A stretch of 64,000 nucleotides of DNA from Anaerotignum sp. (lineage in GTDB: Bacteria; Bacillota; Clostridia; Lachnospirales; Anaerotignaceae): positions 11,931 through 75,930 of the forward strand of contig JAHHTW010000004.1 of the NCBI GenBank assembly GCA_020024265.1, in the 5' to 3' direction. Each line of letters begins with the position of its first letter. Within the stretch, counting starts at the first letter, position 1. The notes beneath the pieces were generated by a model. It saw only the letters and a list, made by a program, of their open reading frames with translations. It searched no databases and was not told the DNA's origin. Made by a program: the position numbers and the translations under genes. Below, one piece after another: positions 8,941 to 18,984 of the stretch.

Positions 8941-10077
8941 ATGTATCAAGTATTGAAAACCTGCGGCAGGGCAAAGCGTGCCGTTATGCATACGCCACAT
9001 GGTGTGATTCAAACACCGGTATTTATGAATGTAGGTACGATTGCGGCCATAAAGGGCGCTTTGTCTACAGAGGATTTGGAACGGGTAAAATGTCAGGTGG
9101 AGCTTTCCAATACGTATCATCTGCATCTGCGTCCCGGCGACCATATAGTAAAAAAGCTAGGAGGACTGCATCGGTTTATGGTATGGGATAAACCCATACT
9201 GACAGACTCCGGCGGTTTTCAGGTATTTTCTTTGACCACACTGCGTAAAATTACAGAGGAGGGTGTCCATTTTAGCTCTCATATTGATGGCAGAAAGATT
9301 TTTATGGGACCGGAAGAAAGCATGCAGATACAATCTAATTTGGCATCTACCATAGCAATGGCATTTGATGAATGTATTGGTATCCCGGCAGAACGCTCTT
9401 ATGTATTGGATTCCGTGGCACGTACCACACGATGGTTGGAGCGTTGTAAAAAAGAAATGGCAAGACTCAATCAGCTGGATGATACCATCAATAAGCAGCA
9501 GATGCTCTTTGGAATCAATCAGGGTGCAACTTATGCAGATATTCGTATCGAGCATGCAAAGTGTATTTCGGAAATGGATTTGGATGGATATGCTGTCGGT
9601 GGGCTTGCGGTAGGGGAAACGCATGCAGAGATGTATCGTATTTTGGAAGAAGTGATACCCTATCTGCCAAAGGATAAACCGACATATTTGATGGGGGTTG
9701 GTACACCGGAAAATATTTTGGAAGCCGTAGAAAGAGGGGTTGACTTTTTCGACTGTGTACTGCCTTCTCGCAATGGCAGACATGCACATGTATATACCAG
9801 CAAGGGTAAAATCAATCTTATGAACGCAAAGTTTGAATTGGATGATAGACCCATTGACGAAAGCTGTAGCTGCCCTGCATGTCAGCGATATTCCAGAGCA
9901 TATATCCGCCATCTGTTCAAGGCAAAGGAAATGCTTGCAATGCGTCTGTGCGTACTGCATAATCTAAATTTCTTCAATACCATGATGGAGGAAATTCGTC
10001 AGGCTTTGGACGAAGATCGCTTCCCTCAGTACAAGAAAGAAAAATTGGAGGCATTCAAACAAAATGGAGGTTGTTAG
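8941..10077 (+). CDS. tgt: tRNA-guanine transglycosylase
   Basis: TPVFMNVGT, DSGGFQV, AFDEC, GGLAVGE and CxCxxC...H zinc site. Confidence 0.97.
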   Translation: MYQVLKTCGRAKRAVMHTPHGVIQTPVFMNVGTIAAIKGALSTEDLERVKCQVELSNTYHLHLRPGDHIVKKLGGLHRFMVWDKPILTDSGGFQVFSLTTLRKITEEGVHFSSHIDGRKIFMGPEESMQIQSNLASTIAMAFDECIGIPAERSYVLDSVARTTRWLERCKKEMARLNQLDDTINKQQMLFGINQGATYADIRIEHAKCISEMDLDGYAVGGLAVGETHAEMYRILEEVIPYLPKDKPTYLMGVGTPENILEAVERGVDFFDCVLPSRNGRHAHVYTSKGKINLMNAKFELDDRPIDESCSCPACQRYSRAYIRHLFKAKEMLAMRLCVLHNLNFFNTMMEEIRQALDEDRFPQYKKEKLEAFKQNGGC

Positions 10078-10129
10078 GAATCTTTCGTACAGAAAAGCAA
10101 ATGAACACGTTTTGCAATTTGCAAGAGTA

Positions 10130-10158
10130 TTGACGATTTTTGCAAATTTCGTTATAAT
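10130..10158 (+). promoter_or_regulatory. sigma-A promoter of yajC
   Basis: TTGACG-17 bp-TATAAT. Confidence 0.7.
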
Positions 10159-10238
10159 AGTACCAATATGTTTTTTGCAGAGATTTCTGCAAGGAAAATA
10201 AATGGAACTCAATATCATTAAGTTAGGAGAGAAATGAA

Positions 10239-10688
10239 ATGAACAGCTTTACAGCATTTTTACTGGATGTCAGCACAACAGTGACTTCCGGCGGCGGCGC
10301 AGCAGAAGGCGCACAAAAGGTACAGCAGTCCTCAGGTGGCCTATTTGGGGGCATGAATGGTATGACCTTGGTGATTGTATATTGTATCGCATTGGTAGTT
10401 ATTATGTATTTCCTGTCCTTCCGTCCTACACAGAAAAGGGAAAAGGCTTTGGCAGAGCAGAGAAATGCAATTCAGGTTGGTGATATGGTTGTAACAAATT
10501 CCGGTATGTACGGCAAGGTTGTAGATATGACATACGATTGTTTCATCATTGAATTTGGGTTGAACAAAGGGGTTAATGTTCCGGTAGCCAAGAGCGAAGT
10601 ATTTGGTAAAAAAGAACCCAATATGACAAATGAAGCGCCTCCGGCAGTAGAACAGCCCAAGAAAAGAGGTTTGTTCAGAAAAGGTTAA
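10239..10688 (+). CDS. yajC: preprotein translocase subunit YajC
   Basis: TM helix then MYFL..RP.QKR and GD.VVT.SG.YG; follows tgt. Confidence 0.92.
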   Translation: MNSFTAFLLDVSTTVTSGGGAAEGAQKVQQSSGGLFGGMNGMTLVIVYCIALVVIMYFLSFRPTQKREKALAEQRNAIQVGDMVVTNSGMYGKVVDMTYDCFIIEFGLNKGVNVPVAKSEVFGKKEPNMTNEAPPAVEQPKKRGLFRKG

Positions 10689-10745
10689 GCTTTTGTGAAG
10701 CAGAGAAAGTTGTGTTTATACAGAAAGAAATAGTTCAAGTACATG

Positions 10746-10785
10746 AATGTGGTTTTTGCAGAATATGCAAAAACCACATTTTTTT
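10746..10785 (+). terminator. intrinsic terminator
   Basis: 15-bp stem AATGTGGTTTTTGCA/TGCAAAAACCACATT plus T-tract. Confidence 0.85.
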
Positions 10786-11123
10786 GTTTGTAAATGGCAT
10801 GTGAAACAATAAAAATATCAAAACAGAATGATATTTAACAAAGTATGCATAGGAAAAGATTCATCCAGTACATCCTTTGTGTTACAGATGTAAAACAAAG
10901 GAAGCGATGCAAAAAAAGGATATTTTTGGGCATTTTCAAAAATTCTCTGTGGGTATTTCGTTTTTATTCAGAAAAGGATTACCGCATCAATACGGTGTTT
11001 TAATTTTTTGGAAAAATTGTGCAAAAATATGAACAAAATTTCGAAGAGTACACGAGAGAAAGACATATGTTCTAATAATATACAAAAATGTCTTTCTATT
11101 GTAAACTTTTTTTGAATAATCTA

Positions 11124-11153
11124 TTGACTTTGTATAAAAACATCATATATAAT
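11124..11153 (+). promoter_or_regulatory. sigma-A promoter of the serine catabolism operon
   Basis: TTGACT-18 bp-TATAAT. Confidence 0.65.
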
Positions 11154-11244
11154 GAATAAAGACAGAGTTTGATAAGAAAAAAACAATTCTGTATGTAAAC
11201 CAAAGCAAGAAACCTGAAAAAACAACTCGTTAAGGGGGATCTGA

Positions 11245-11907
11245 ATGTTACAGGTATTTGATATTATTGGACCGGTGATGATTGGTCCATCTAGTTCTCA
11301 TACAGCAGGAGCGGTGCGTATCGGAAAATATGCACGTTCTATATTGGGAACGGTACCAGTCAAGGCGCATATCTGCTTCAGTGGTTCCTTTGCAAAGACA
11401 TACAAAGGACATGGAACAGACAAGGCTGTAATTGCAGGTATTTTGGGCATGGATACAGACGACTCACGTATTCGTACCAGCATGGATATTGCAAAGCAAG
11501 AGGGACTGGAGTTCGTATTTGAAGAAAAAGATATTGATGGGGCGCATCCCAATACCGCAGAAATCACATTGACAGATGCGGATGGAAATCAGGCATTGGT
11601 ACAGGGGGCATCCATTGGTGGTGGGAATATCATCATCAACAAAATCAATGATACTACCGTTGCAATCAATGGAAAATCGGATACATTGGTGATTCCGCAT
11701 AAGGATATTCCGGGTATGATTGCAGATGTTACCAATATTTTGGCAGACAAAAAGGTCAATGTACACGGCTTTTCCTTATGCAGAGATCATAAAGGCGGAA
11801 CCGCTGTGATGACCATTGAAATTGATGGCGACATCAATCAGGACGTAACAGGCGCAATTTTGGAAAACCCCAATATTTTCGCTTGTACGATACTAAAAGC
11901 AATTTAA
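11245..11907 (+). CDS. sdaAB: Fe-S L-serine dehydratase beta subunit
   Basis: FDIIGPVMIGPSSSHTAGA, GHGTD, HPNT, SIGGG; C-terminal ACT domain. Confidence 0.96.
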   Translation: MLQVFDIIGPVMIGPSSSHTAGAVRIGKYARSILGTVPVKAHICFSGSFAKTYKGHGTDKAVIAGILGMDTDDSRIRTSMDIAKQEGLEFVFEEKDIDGAHPNTAEITLTDADGNQALVQGASIGGGNIIINKINDTTVAINGKSDTLVIPHKDIPGMIADVTNILADKKVNVHGFSLCRDHKGGTAVMTIEIDGDINQDVTGAILENPNIFACTILKAI

Positions 11908-11923
11908 GAAAGAGGTGAATAAG

Positions 11924-12808
11924 ATGTTCAAGTATGATTCTTTGGCAGACTTGGTGGCAGCAGCTATGGAAGCCGATGCCTCTCTTTCTCAGATTGTGCT
12001 GCGTGAGCAGGCAGAGGTGGCAGAGGTAACAGAGGACAGCTTGTATCAGAATATGGAAAATGTTCTCAATGTTATGCGCACATCTGTAGCGGAGGGACTG
12101 GATCCGGACAAGCGTTCCGCAAGTGGGCTGACCGGTGGAGATGCATTTAAGATGATGCGTGCTGTTCAGGAAGGAAAAAATATTTGCGGCAAAGTCTTTG
12201 GTGAGGCTTTGACAAAAGCACTTGCGGTTTCTCAAACGAATGCTTGTATGGGCAGAATTGTGGCTTCTCCGACAGCAGGAAGCTGTGGGATTTTGCCATC
12301 AGCAGTATTGACCATTTCTGAGAATAGAAATATCCCCGATCATGATGTGATTATGGCGCTCTTTACAGCATCAGCTGTGGGCATGGTGATCGCAAACAAT
12401 GCAAGCATTGCAGGCGCAGAAGGCGGATGCCAAGCAGAATGTGGGGCAGCCAGTGCCATGGCAGCAGCGGCGATTGTGGAAATGTGTGGTGGTACACCGC
12501 AAATGTGTGCAGATGCATGTGCCATCGCTCTGAAAAATATTTTGGGCTTGGTATGTGATCCTGTTGCGGGGCTGGTGGAAATCCCTTGTATCAAAAGAAA
12601 TGCCGCCGGTGTAGGCAATGCATTGGTGGCGGCAGAAATGGCTTTGGCAGGAATTGAAAGTGCAATTCCGGCAGATGAAGTTATTTGGGCAATGAAAAAA
12701 GTGGGCGATGCAATGTCTGCATCACTGAAAGAAACTGCAGAAGGCGGTCTGGCAGTTACGCCAACAGGCAAAAGATTATGCCAAAAAGTATTTGGCTGCA
12801 ACCAGTAA
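11924..12808 (+). CDS. sdaAA: Fe-S L-serine dehydratase alpha subunit
   Basis: PTAGSCG, GAEGGCQAECG, LGLVCDPVAGLVEIPCIKRN, KETAEGGLA. Confidence 0.96.
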   Translation: MFKYDSLADLVAAAMEADASLSQIVLREQAEVAEVTEDSLYQNMENVLNVMRTSVAEGLDPDKRSASGLTGGDAFKMMRAVQEGKNICGKVFGEALTKALAVSQTNACMGRIVASPTAGSCGILPSAVLTISENRNIPDHDVIMALFTASAVGMVIANNASIAGAEGGCQAECGAASAMAAAAIVEMCGGTPQMCADACAIALKNILGLVCDPVAGLVEIPCIKRNAAGVGNALVAAEMALAGIESAIPADEVIWAMKKVGDAMSASLKETAEGGLAVTPTGKRLCQKVFGCNQ

Positions 12809-12928
12809 GGGGGAGGCAAAAAATACTTTATATAAATGGGGAAATACCCTTCGGAAATTCCCTTTGATTCGTACAACTTTGATTAAAATGGAAGAATATT
12901 TATCATTGAATTTAGGAGAATCGAAATC

Positions 12929-14158
12929 ATGAAAAACTTATTGGACAAATGGAATAGTATTAGCTTAGTAAAGCGTATTGTTTGCGGTTTGATTATCGGT
13001 GCAGTTTTAGGTATCGCTCTGCCACAGGCAACTCCTGTTGGGATTTTGGGTACAATGTTTGTTAGTGCACTGAAAGCAATCGCACCTGTATTGGTATTTT
13101 TCTTAGTTATTTCTGCGCTGGCTTGCGGTAATGAAGGCGGCGGCAGAACAATGGGGCGTGTTGTTATTTTGTATTTGGTAGGTACATTCCTCTCTGCGGT
13201 TGTCGCAGTTTTGGCATGTCACTTTATCCATGTAACATTGCCTCTGGACAGTGGTAACGCAGCAGAAGGCTATGAAGCTGCTGGCGGCATTGGTGAAGTA
13301 TTTACAAATCTTTTGACAAACCTGGTAGCAAACCCTATTGGTTCTATCGTAAATGGTAACTATTTGGGTATTCTGGCATGGGCTGTTATCTTTGGTCTGG
13401 CTCTGAAGGCTGCAAATGAAACAACAAAGAAAGCACTCTTTGATTTCTCTGAAGCAGTATCTCAGGCAGTTAGATGGGTAATCAGCTTTGCTCCTTTTGG
13501 TATTCTGGGTCTGGTATTTACCACTGTTTCCACAAATGGTCTGGAAATTTTCGTTGAATATGGTAGACTGTTGGCAATTTTGGTAGGCTGTATGGCATTT
13601 GTGGTATTCGTTCTGAATCCCATTATTGTATTTACACAGACAAAGACAAACCCTTACCGTTTGGTATTCAAATGCTTGAGAGAATCTTTTGTAACAGCAT
13701 TCTTTACAAGAAGCTCTGCTGCAAACATTCCTGTAAATATGGAACTTTGCGAATCCCTGGGTCTGGATGAAGACAACTACTCTATCTCTATTCCTTTGGG
13801 CGCTACCATCAATATGGGTGGTGCAGCAATCACAATTACAGTTATGACACTGGCTTGTGTCAATACATTGGGTATTGAAGTTCCTCTGGCAATGAAGATT
13901 TTGCTGAGCTTTGTTGCAGCAATCTCTGCATGTGGTGCTTCCGGTGTTGCCGGTGGTTCCCTGCTGCTGATTCCTTTGGCTTGCTCTCTGTTTGGTATTT
14001 CTAACGATATTGCAATGCAGGTAGTAGGTGTAGGTTTCATCATCGGTGTTGTACAGGATTCTTGCGAAACAGGTCTGAACTCTTCCACAGACGCTTTGTT
14101 TACCGCAGCTGCTGAATTCCACGACTGGAAAAAAGCAGGCAAATCTTTGCCAATCTAA
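12929..14158 (+). CDS. sstT: serine/threonine:Na+ symporter
   Basis: AFFTRSSAANIPVN, PLGATINMGGAA, ACGASGVAGGSLLLIP, QDSCETGLNSSTD. Confidence 0.95.
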   Translation: MKNLLDKWNSISLVKRIVCGLIIGAVLGIALPQATPVGILGTMFVSALKAIAPVLVFFLVISALACGNEGGGRTMGRVVILYLVGTFLSAVVAVLACHFIHVTLPLDSGNAAEGYEAAGGIGEVFTNLLTNLVANPIGSIVNGNYLGILAWAVIFGLALKAANETTKKALFDFSEAVSQAVRWVISFAPFGILGLVFTTVSTNGLEIFVEYGRLLAILVGCMAFVVFVLNPIIVFTQTKTNPYRLVFKCLRESFVTAFFTRSSAANIPVNMELCESLGLDEDNYSISIPLGATINMGGAAITITVMTLACVNTLGIEVPLAMKILLSFVAAISACGASGVAGGSLLLIPLACSLFGISNDIAMQVVGVGFIIGVVQDSCETGLNSSTDALFTAAAEFHDWKKAGKSLPI

Positions 14159-14180
14159 TAAAATATATCGAGGTTGTACG

Positions 14181-14220
14181 AAAGCCCTGTCAGTGGTTGC
14201 TGACAGGGTTTTATTTTTTT
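14181..14220 (+). terminator. intrinsic terminator
   Basis: AAAGCCCTGTCAG/CTGACAGGGTTTT stem plus T-tract. Confidence 0.85.
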
Positions 14221-14323
14221 GTGGTTACTTGTATTTTGAAACAAAAGTCATTATAATAGTGATAATGATTGCAAAGAAATTTACATATAAAAACAACCAT
14301 GAAAACAGAACAGGAGAGAAGCT

Positions 14324-14812
14324 ATGGGCAAGCCAAGATTATACCGAAAACGTTTTTTTCCGATGGAAACGATAGAGCTAAAGGATGATATGATCTTATA
14401 TCAGGATGATGCAATGCTTGTGACGAAATGGAAGGTTTTTCGTACAAAAGAACAGTTTAGTCAAGGGATTTCCTGTTATTTTTTGGAAAAAGGCTATAAG
14501 GTCAGCAAATTTATGAATGATGTGGGAGAACTGGTATATTATTATTGTGATATCATTGACACTATGTATGATCCAGAGGAGAATAGATATGTATTTACCG
14601 ATTTATTGGTAGATGTGATTGTAGAGCCAACCGGTTTTGTAAAGGTAGTGGATTTGGCAGAACTTGCAGATGTTTTGGAAGAAGGTGTGATTACAGAGGA
14701 TATTGTGAAAAAAGCACTGCGTCAGCTGGAAGCACTTTTACATATCATATACTCTGGAAACTTTGCAGCTTTGACAAAATATCTGGAGATAGAGGCAGCA
14801 TACCATGAGTGA
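14324..14812 (+). CDS. DUF402 family protein
   Basis: YYYCDII...TDLLVDV...KVVDLAEL acidic motifs of DUF402. Confidence 0.75.
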   Translation: MGKPRLYRKRFFPMETIELKDDMILYQDDAMLVTKWKVFRTKEQFSQGISCYFLEKGYKVSKFMNDVGELVYYYCDIIDTMYDPEENRYVFTDLLVDVIVEPTGFVKVVDLAELADVLEEGVITEDIVKKALRQLEALLHIIYSGNFAALTKYLEIEAAYHE

Positions 14813-15497
14813 CCAGCTGCATAAAGGACATCGGGAAAGGATGCGCTTGCGTTTTTATCAAAAGGGTGCAGAGGGCTTTGCAGATCATGAACTGTTGGAG
14901 CTTCTGTTATATTATGCAGTCCCACGTGGAGATGTCAACCCGCTTGCACATAAGATATTACAGGAGTTTGGTTCGCTTTCCATGCTTTTTGCCTCAGATA
15001 CGGCGGAGATTGCAAGGCGTTGTGGTATTAAGGAAAGTACTGCGCTTTTGATTTGTTTGCAGGCGGCGTTTGCAAATCGTGTGCAACAAGAGAAATGGCG
15101 TATGCGGCCAAAGCTGGATTCTGTATCTGCTTTGGGGCAGTATGCGGTGGATTTGCTGTCGCAGTACCAGCATGAACGCTTTTATATGGTCTGTTTGGAT
15201 AGTAGAAAGATATTGATTCAGACCTGTTTGATTTCAGAGGGTACCATCAATGAGTCTGTTGTACATCCAAGATTGGTTGTAGAACAAGCGCTCAAATATA
15301 AAGCAGTAGCGGTGGCTTTTTTACACAATCATCCGGGAGGAACGCTCAGGCCATCCTTACAGGATATTGAAATGACGGTACAAATGGCAAAAATACTGCG
15401 GGAGATTGGGATTTCGTTTGTGGATCACATTATCGTTGCAGATCAGGAATATTGTAGTTTTGTACAGCAAAAGCTGCTGCCAAACCAAAAAGGATAA
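14805..15497 (+). CDS. radC: RadC (JAB/MPN domain) protein
   Basis: HKGHRERMR, DHELLELLL, GTINES.VHPR, HNHPGG...PS..D, DHII. Confidence 0.93.
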   Translation: MSDQLHKGHRERMRLRFYQKGAEGFADHELLELLLYYAVPRGDVNPLAHKILQEFGSLSMLFASDTAEIARRCGIKESTALLICLQAAFANRVQQEKWRMRPKLDSVSALGQYAVDLLSQYQHERFYMVCLDSRKILIQTCLISEGTINESVVHPRLVVEQALKYKAVAVAFLHNHPGGTLRPSLQDIEMTVQMAKILREIGISFVDHIIVADQEYCSFVQQKLLPNQKG

Positions 15498-15515
15498 AAG
15501 AAGGAGGTTCTATCA

Positions 15516-15737
15516 ATGAGAAGATTATATCGTTCCAATACAAATGTTACAATTTCAGGTGTTTGTGCAGGAATTGGAGAATATTTCAATATTGACCCTA
15601 CATTGATTCGTTTGTTATGGGTGTTGGGTTCTTTATTTACAGGTGTGATCCTTGGATTGATTGTATACTTTGTATGCGTTATGATTATCCCTGTAGATGA
15701 TGGCTATATTCACACAGATTACAGGGAAAAGAAATAA
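15516..15737 (+). CDS. PspC domain membrane protein
   Basis: RLYRS...ISGVCAGIGEYFNIDPTLIRL. Confidence 0.92.
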   Translation: MRRLYRSNTNVTISGVCAGIGEYFNIDPTLIRLLWVLGSLFTGVILGLIVYFVCVMIIPVDDGYIHTDYREKK

Positions 15738-15843
15738 GACAAGTGAAAGGTGTGATGGCAGAATAGGACAATGGATAAGTATCGCGGCTTTTCCGATATT
15801 GCCTGAAACATTCCGATAGATCAAGAAATGGAGGAAAAACAAG

Positions 15844-16845
15844 GTGGAACAAAAAAAGCGGATTTTTAGTGGTATGCAGCCCTCAGGAATGATTACATTG
15901 GGAAATTATTTGGGCGCTTTGAAAAACTGGAAAAATCTACAAGATGATTATGATTGCTTATATTGCATCGTGGATATGCATGCGATTACAGTGCGTCAAG
16001 ATCCCACAAAGCTGCGCAAACAGTGCCGTGATCTTTTGACACAATATCTCGCTGTTGGATTGGATCCAAATAAAAATACAATTTATTATCAATCCCATGT
16101 GTCCCAGCATGCAGAGCTTGGCTGGATATTGAATTGCTTTACGTATATGGGAGAACTCAATCGTATGACACAGTTTAAGGATAAGGCAGCAAAACATGCA
16201 GATAATATCAATGCAGGTTTGTATACCTATCCGGTACTGATGGCATCGGATATTCTGTTGTATCAGACAGACCTGGTGCCGGTGGGGGAAGACCAAAGAC
16301 AGCACTTGGAATTAACCAGAGATATTGCTGGACGTTTTAACAGCATTTATGGGGATGTATTCCAAATTCCGGAAGCATATATCGGCAAAGCCGGCGCAAG
16401 AGTAATGGCTTTGCAGGAACCATCAAAAAAGATGTCAAAATCGGATGAAAATAAAAACAATACCATTTTGTTGACAGATGATCCGGCAGTGATTCTCAAT
16501 AAGGTAAAACGTGCGGTGACAGATTCTGACACAGAAATTCGATATGGTGAAGATAAGCCGGGTATTTCCAACCTTTTGAATATTTATTGTGCATGTACAG
16601 GCAGTACCATCGCACAGGCAGAACAGGAATTTTCTGGGGCAGGCTATGGTACATTTAAGACAAGAGTTGGTGAAGCGGTTGTTGCAGAACTGGAGCCGGT
16701 ACAAAAGCGGGTGAAGGAGCTGGAAAAAAATAAGGACTATTTGGATGAAGTCATCAAAAACGGTGCAGAACGAGCAGGGAAATTGGCTGCCAGAACATTG
16801 ACAAAGGTACAGAAGAAGGTTGGATTTCCGCCTGTACTGCGCTAA
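15844..16845 (+). CDS. trpS: tryptophan--tRNA ligase
   Basis: FSGMQPSG..TLGNYLGA, VPVGEDQRQH, KMSKS. Confidence 0.97.
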   Translation: MEQKKRIFSGMQPSGMITLGNYLGALKNWKNLQDDYDCLYCIVDMHAITVRQDPTKLRKQCRDLLTQYLAVGLDPNKNTIYYQSHVSQHAELGWILNCFTYMGELNRMTQFKDKAAKHADNINAGLYTYPVLMASDILLYQTDLVPVGEDQRQHLELTRDIAGRFNSIYGDVFQIPEAYIGKAGARVMALQEPSKKMSKSDENKNNTILLTDDPAVILNKVKRAVTDSDTEIRYGEDKPGISNLLNIYCACTGSTIAQAEQEFSGAGYGTFKTRVGEAVVAELEPVQKRVKELEKNKDYLDEVIKNGAERAGKLAARTLTKVQKKVGFPPVLR

Positions 16846-16893
16846 GAAGCCCGTGTATTGCCTATGGGAATATTGGAAACTGAGGTGAGAGCT

Positions 16894-17469
16894 GTGAAGC
16901 AGAAGGGACAGGCAACAAAAGCGATTTTAGCCAATGGCCTGAAAAATTTGATGCGTCAACGCAGCTTTGAGAAGATTACCATACAGCAGATTGCGGACGA
17001 AGCAGGCTTTATACGTTCCACTTTTTATAACCATTTTCGTGACAAATATGAGGTCATAGAATGGATTTTTACAGAAGAGGTATTGCGTCAGGGAGAACAT
17101 TTTTTTTCACAAGGACAATACCGGCAAGGGATACGTAAAATGTTGGAGGCTATGGAGGCAGACAAAGCATTTTATGTCAGTGCTGCCAAGATCGAAGGAC
17201 AAAATAGTTTTCGCAGTTTTATGTTTCGTTCCTTTTGCAGTCTGTTGAAAGACATACTGCAAAGCAGAGCAACACAGCCAAGTAAGTTACAGCATCTTTT
17301 TCAGATTGAAGTGTTGGCAGAATATTATGCCAATGCAGAAACTTTTGTCATGATGAAATGGTTGGAAAATGGTATGACCTACAGTGTGGATGATATGGAG
17401 CAGGCACAATGGTTTTTGATCTCCGTATCATTTGAAGATGTTGTGAAAGAGATTTCGGTGAAAGACTAA
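16894..17469 (+). CDS. TetR/AcrR family regulator (DhaS-like C-terminus)
   Basis: FEKITIQQIADEAGFIRSTFYNHFRDKY HTH; GTG start after GAGGTG. Confidence 0.9.
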   Translation: MKQKGQATKAILANGLKNLMRQRSFEKITIQQIADEAGFIRSTFYNHFRDKYEVIEWIFTEEVLRQGEHFFSQGQYRQGIRKMLEAMEADKAFYVSAAKIEGQNSFRSFMFRSFCSLLKDILQSRATQPSKLQHLFQIEVLAEYYANAETFVMMKWLENGMTYSVDDMEQAQWFLISVSFEDVVKEISVKD

Positions 17470-17472
17470 ATG

Positions 17473-17522
17473 AAAAAGAAAGAGCCATTTTCCGGCAAAG
17501 CAGTAGGAAAGTGGCTCTTTTA
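17473..17522. terminator. bidirectional terminator between tetR and recA
   Basis: AAAGAGCCATTTTCC/GGAAAGTGGCTCTTT stem with A/T tracts. Confidence 0.75.
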
Positions 17523-17590
17523 TGTTTGCAAATTTCTTTTGCAGCCGATCAGCTAATCAAAATACGGATGCTAAAGATCATACGCTGGTA

Positions 17591-18757
17591 TCAAAATGGT
17601 TCTTCTGTTTCTGTAGCATGGTTGGTATCTGTAAATGTGTCAGAGAGAGAAATATTTTCTGCAATTGTTTCATCCATAGCCAAGCTGTCGGCATTTCCGG
17701 TATCTTCCGTAATCTCAGGCAGTTCAGGCAAAGCATAATGTGCTCTTACCTTATTTTCAATCTCTCTGCACATAGCAGAATGTTCTTTGAGGAATGTTTT
17801 TGCATTTTCACGTCCCTGACCGATTCTGGTTTCGCCATATGCATACCAAGCACCGCTTTTATTGACAATATCAATATTCACTGCCAAATCCAGAATGTCG
17901 CCTTCTTTCGAAATACCTTCGCCGTAAACAATATCAAACTCTGCTGTCTTAAATGGAGGTGCAACCTTATTTTTTGCAATTTTTGCTTTGACACGGTTTC
18001 CGACAAAATCGGTACCTTGCTTGATGATATCCGTTTTACGGATATCAATACGTATGGAAGCATAGAATTTCAACGCACGACCACCGGTTGTGGTTTCCGG
18101 ATTTCCAAAAGAAACACCAATTTTTTCACGTAGCTGGTTGATAAATACTACGGTACAATTGGATTTGTTTGTAATACCGGTCAGCTTTCTCAGAGCTTGG
18201 CTCATCAGACGTGCCTGCAAACCCATATGAGAATCGCCCATTTCGCCTTCGATTTCTGCACGTGGTACAAGTGCTGCAACAGAGTCTACAATGACAATAT
18301 CAATGGCGCCACTGCGTACCATGGTTTCTGCAATTTCCAGTGCCTGTTCGCCGTCATCGGGCTGTGAGATATAGAGATTATCAATATCTACGCCGACCGC
18401 TTTGGCATACGTAGGATCCAAAGCATGTTCGGCATCAATATATCCGGCAATACCGCCACTTTTTTGCACTTCCGCAACCATATGCAGCGCAATGGTTGTC
18501 TTACCAGATGATTCCGGGCCGTATACCTCAATGATTCTGCCCTTGGGTACGCCACCGACACCTAGTGCAATATCCAAACTCAGAGAACCGGAGGGAACCA
18601 CTTCCACATTCATTTTTGCACTGTCATCACCCAGTTTCATGACAGCACCCTTACCAAACTGTTTTTCGATTTGCCCCAATGCGGCATCCAATGCCTTTTG
18701 ACGTTCTTCTGTTTTGCTGATTTCTTTTACATCTTTTGCTGCTTTTGCTGCTGCCAT
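17591..18757 (-). CDS. recA: recombinase RecA
   Basis: [40 protein letters not shown]. Confidence 0.99.
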   Translation of the reverse strand: MAAAKAAKDVKEISKTEERQKALDAALGQIEKQFGKGAVMKLGDDSAKMNVEVVPSGSLSLDIALGVGGVPKGRIIEVYGPESSGKTTIALHMVAEVQKSGGIAGYIDAEHALDPTYAKAVGVDIDNLYISQPDDGEQALEIAETMVRSGAIDIVIVDSVAALVPRAEIEGEMGDSHMGLQARLMSQALRKLTGITNKSNCTVVFINQLREKIGVSFGNPETTTGGRALKFYASIRIDIRKTDIIKQGTDFVGNRVKAKIAKNKVAPPFKTAEFDIVYGEGISKEGDILDLAVNIDIVNKSGAWYAYGETRIGQGRENAKTFLKEHSAMCREIENKVRAHYALPELPEITEDTGNADSLAMDETIAENISLSDTFTDTNHATETEEPF

Positions 18758-18940
18758 ATAGGAACCACCTTTCGTATTTTTTTGGAACGGACTGAAAAGT
18801 TTGAGATTTGTTCTTTTGTCTTTTGCACATTTCTGTATGGGTTCTTTGATGAAAAAAGTAACTTTTCAATGCCGTCCAAAACTGTAAGATTTGTTTTTTC
18901 ATATACTACAATGCGCATTTTGTTGCCCTGCGCCATCACT

Positions 18941-18984
18941 CGAACTTATGTTCTTATTTTAACCCAGACAGAGAAATCTGTCAA
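18941..18984 (-). promoter_or_regulatory. recA promoter with LexA (SOS) box
   Basis: minus-strand TTGACA-17 bp-TAAAAT immediately followed by GAAC-ATAA-GTTC (18942-18953), the Firmicute GAAC-N4-GTTC consensus. Confidence 0.85.

Noticed and set aside
15738..15843. T-box or TRAP site upstream of trpS
   Set aside because: Only about 105 bp, no TGGNACC T-box, and NAG triplets are too few and irregularly spaced
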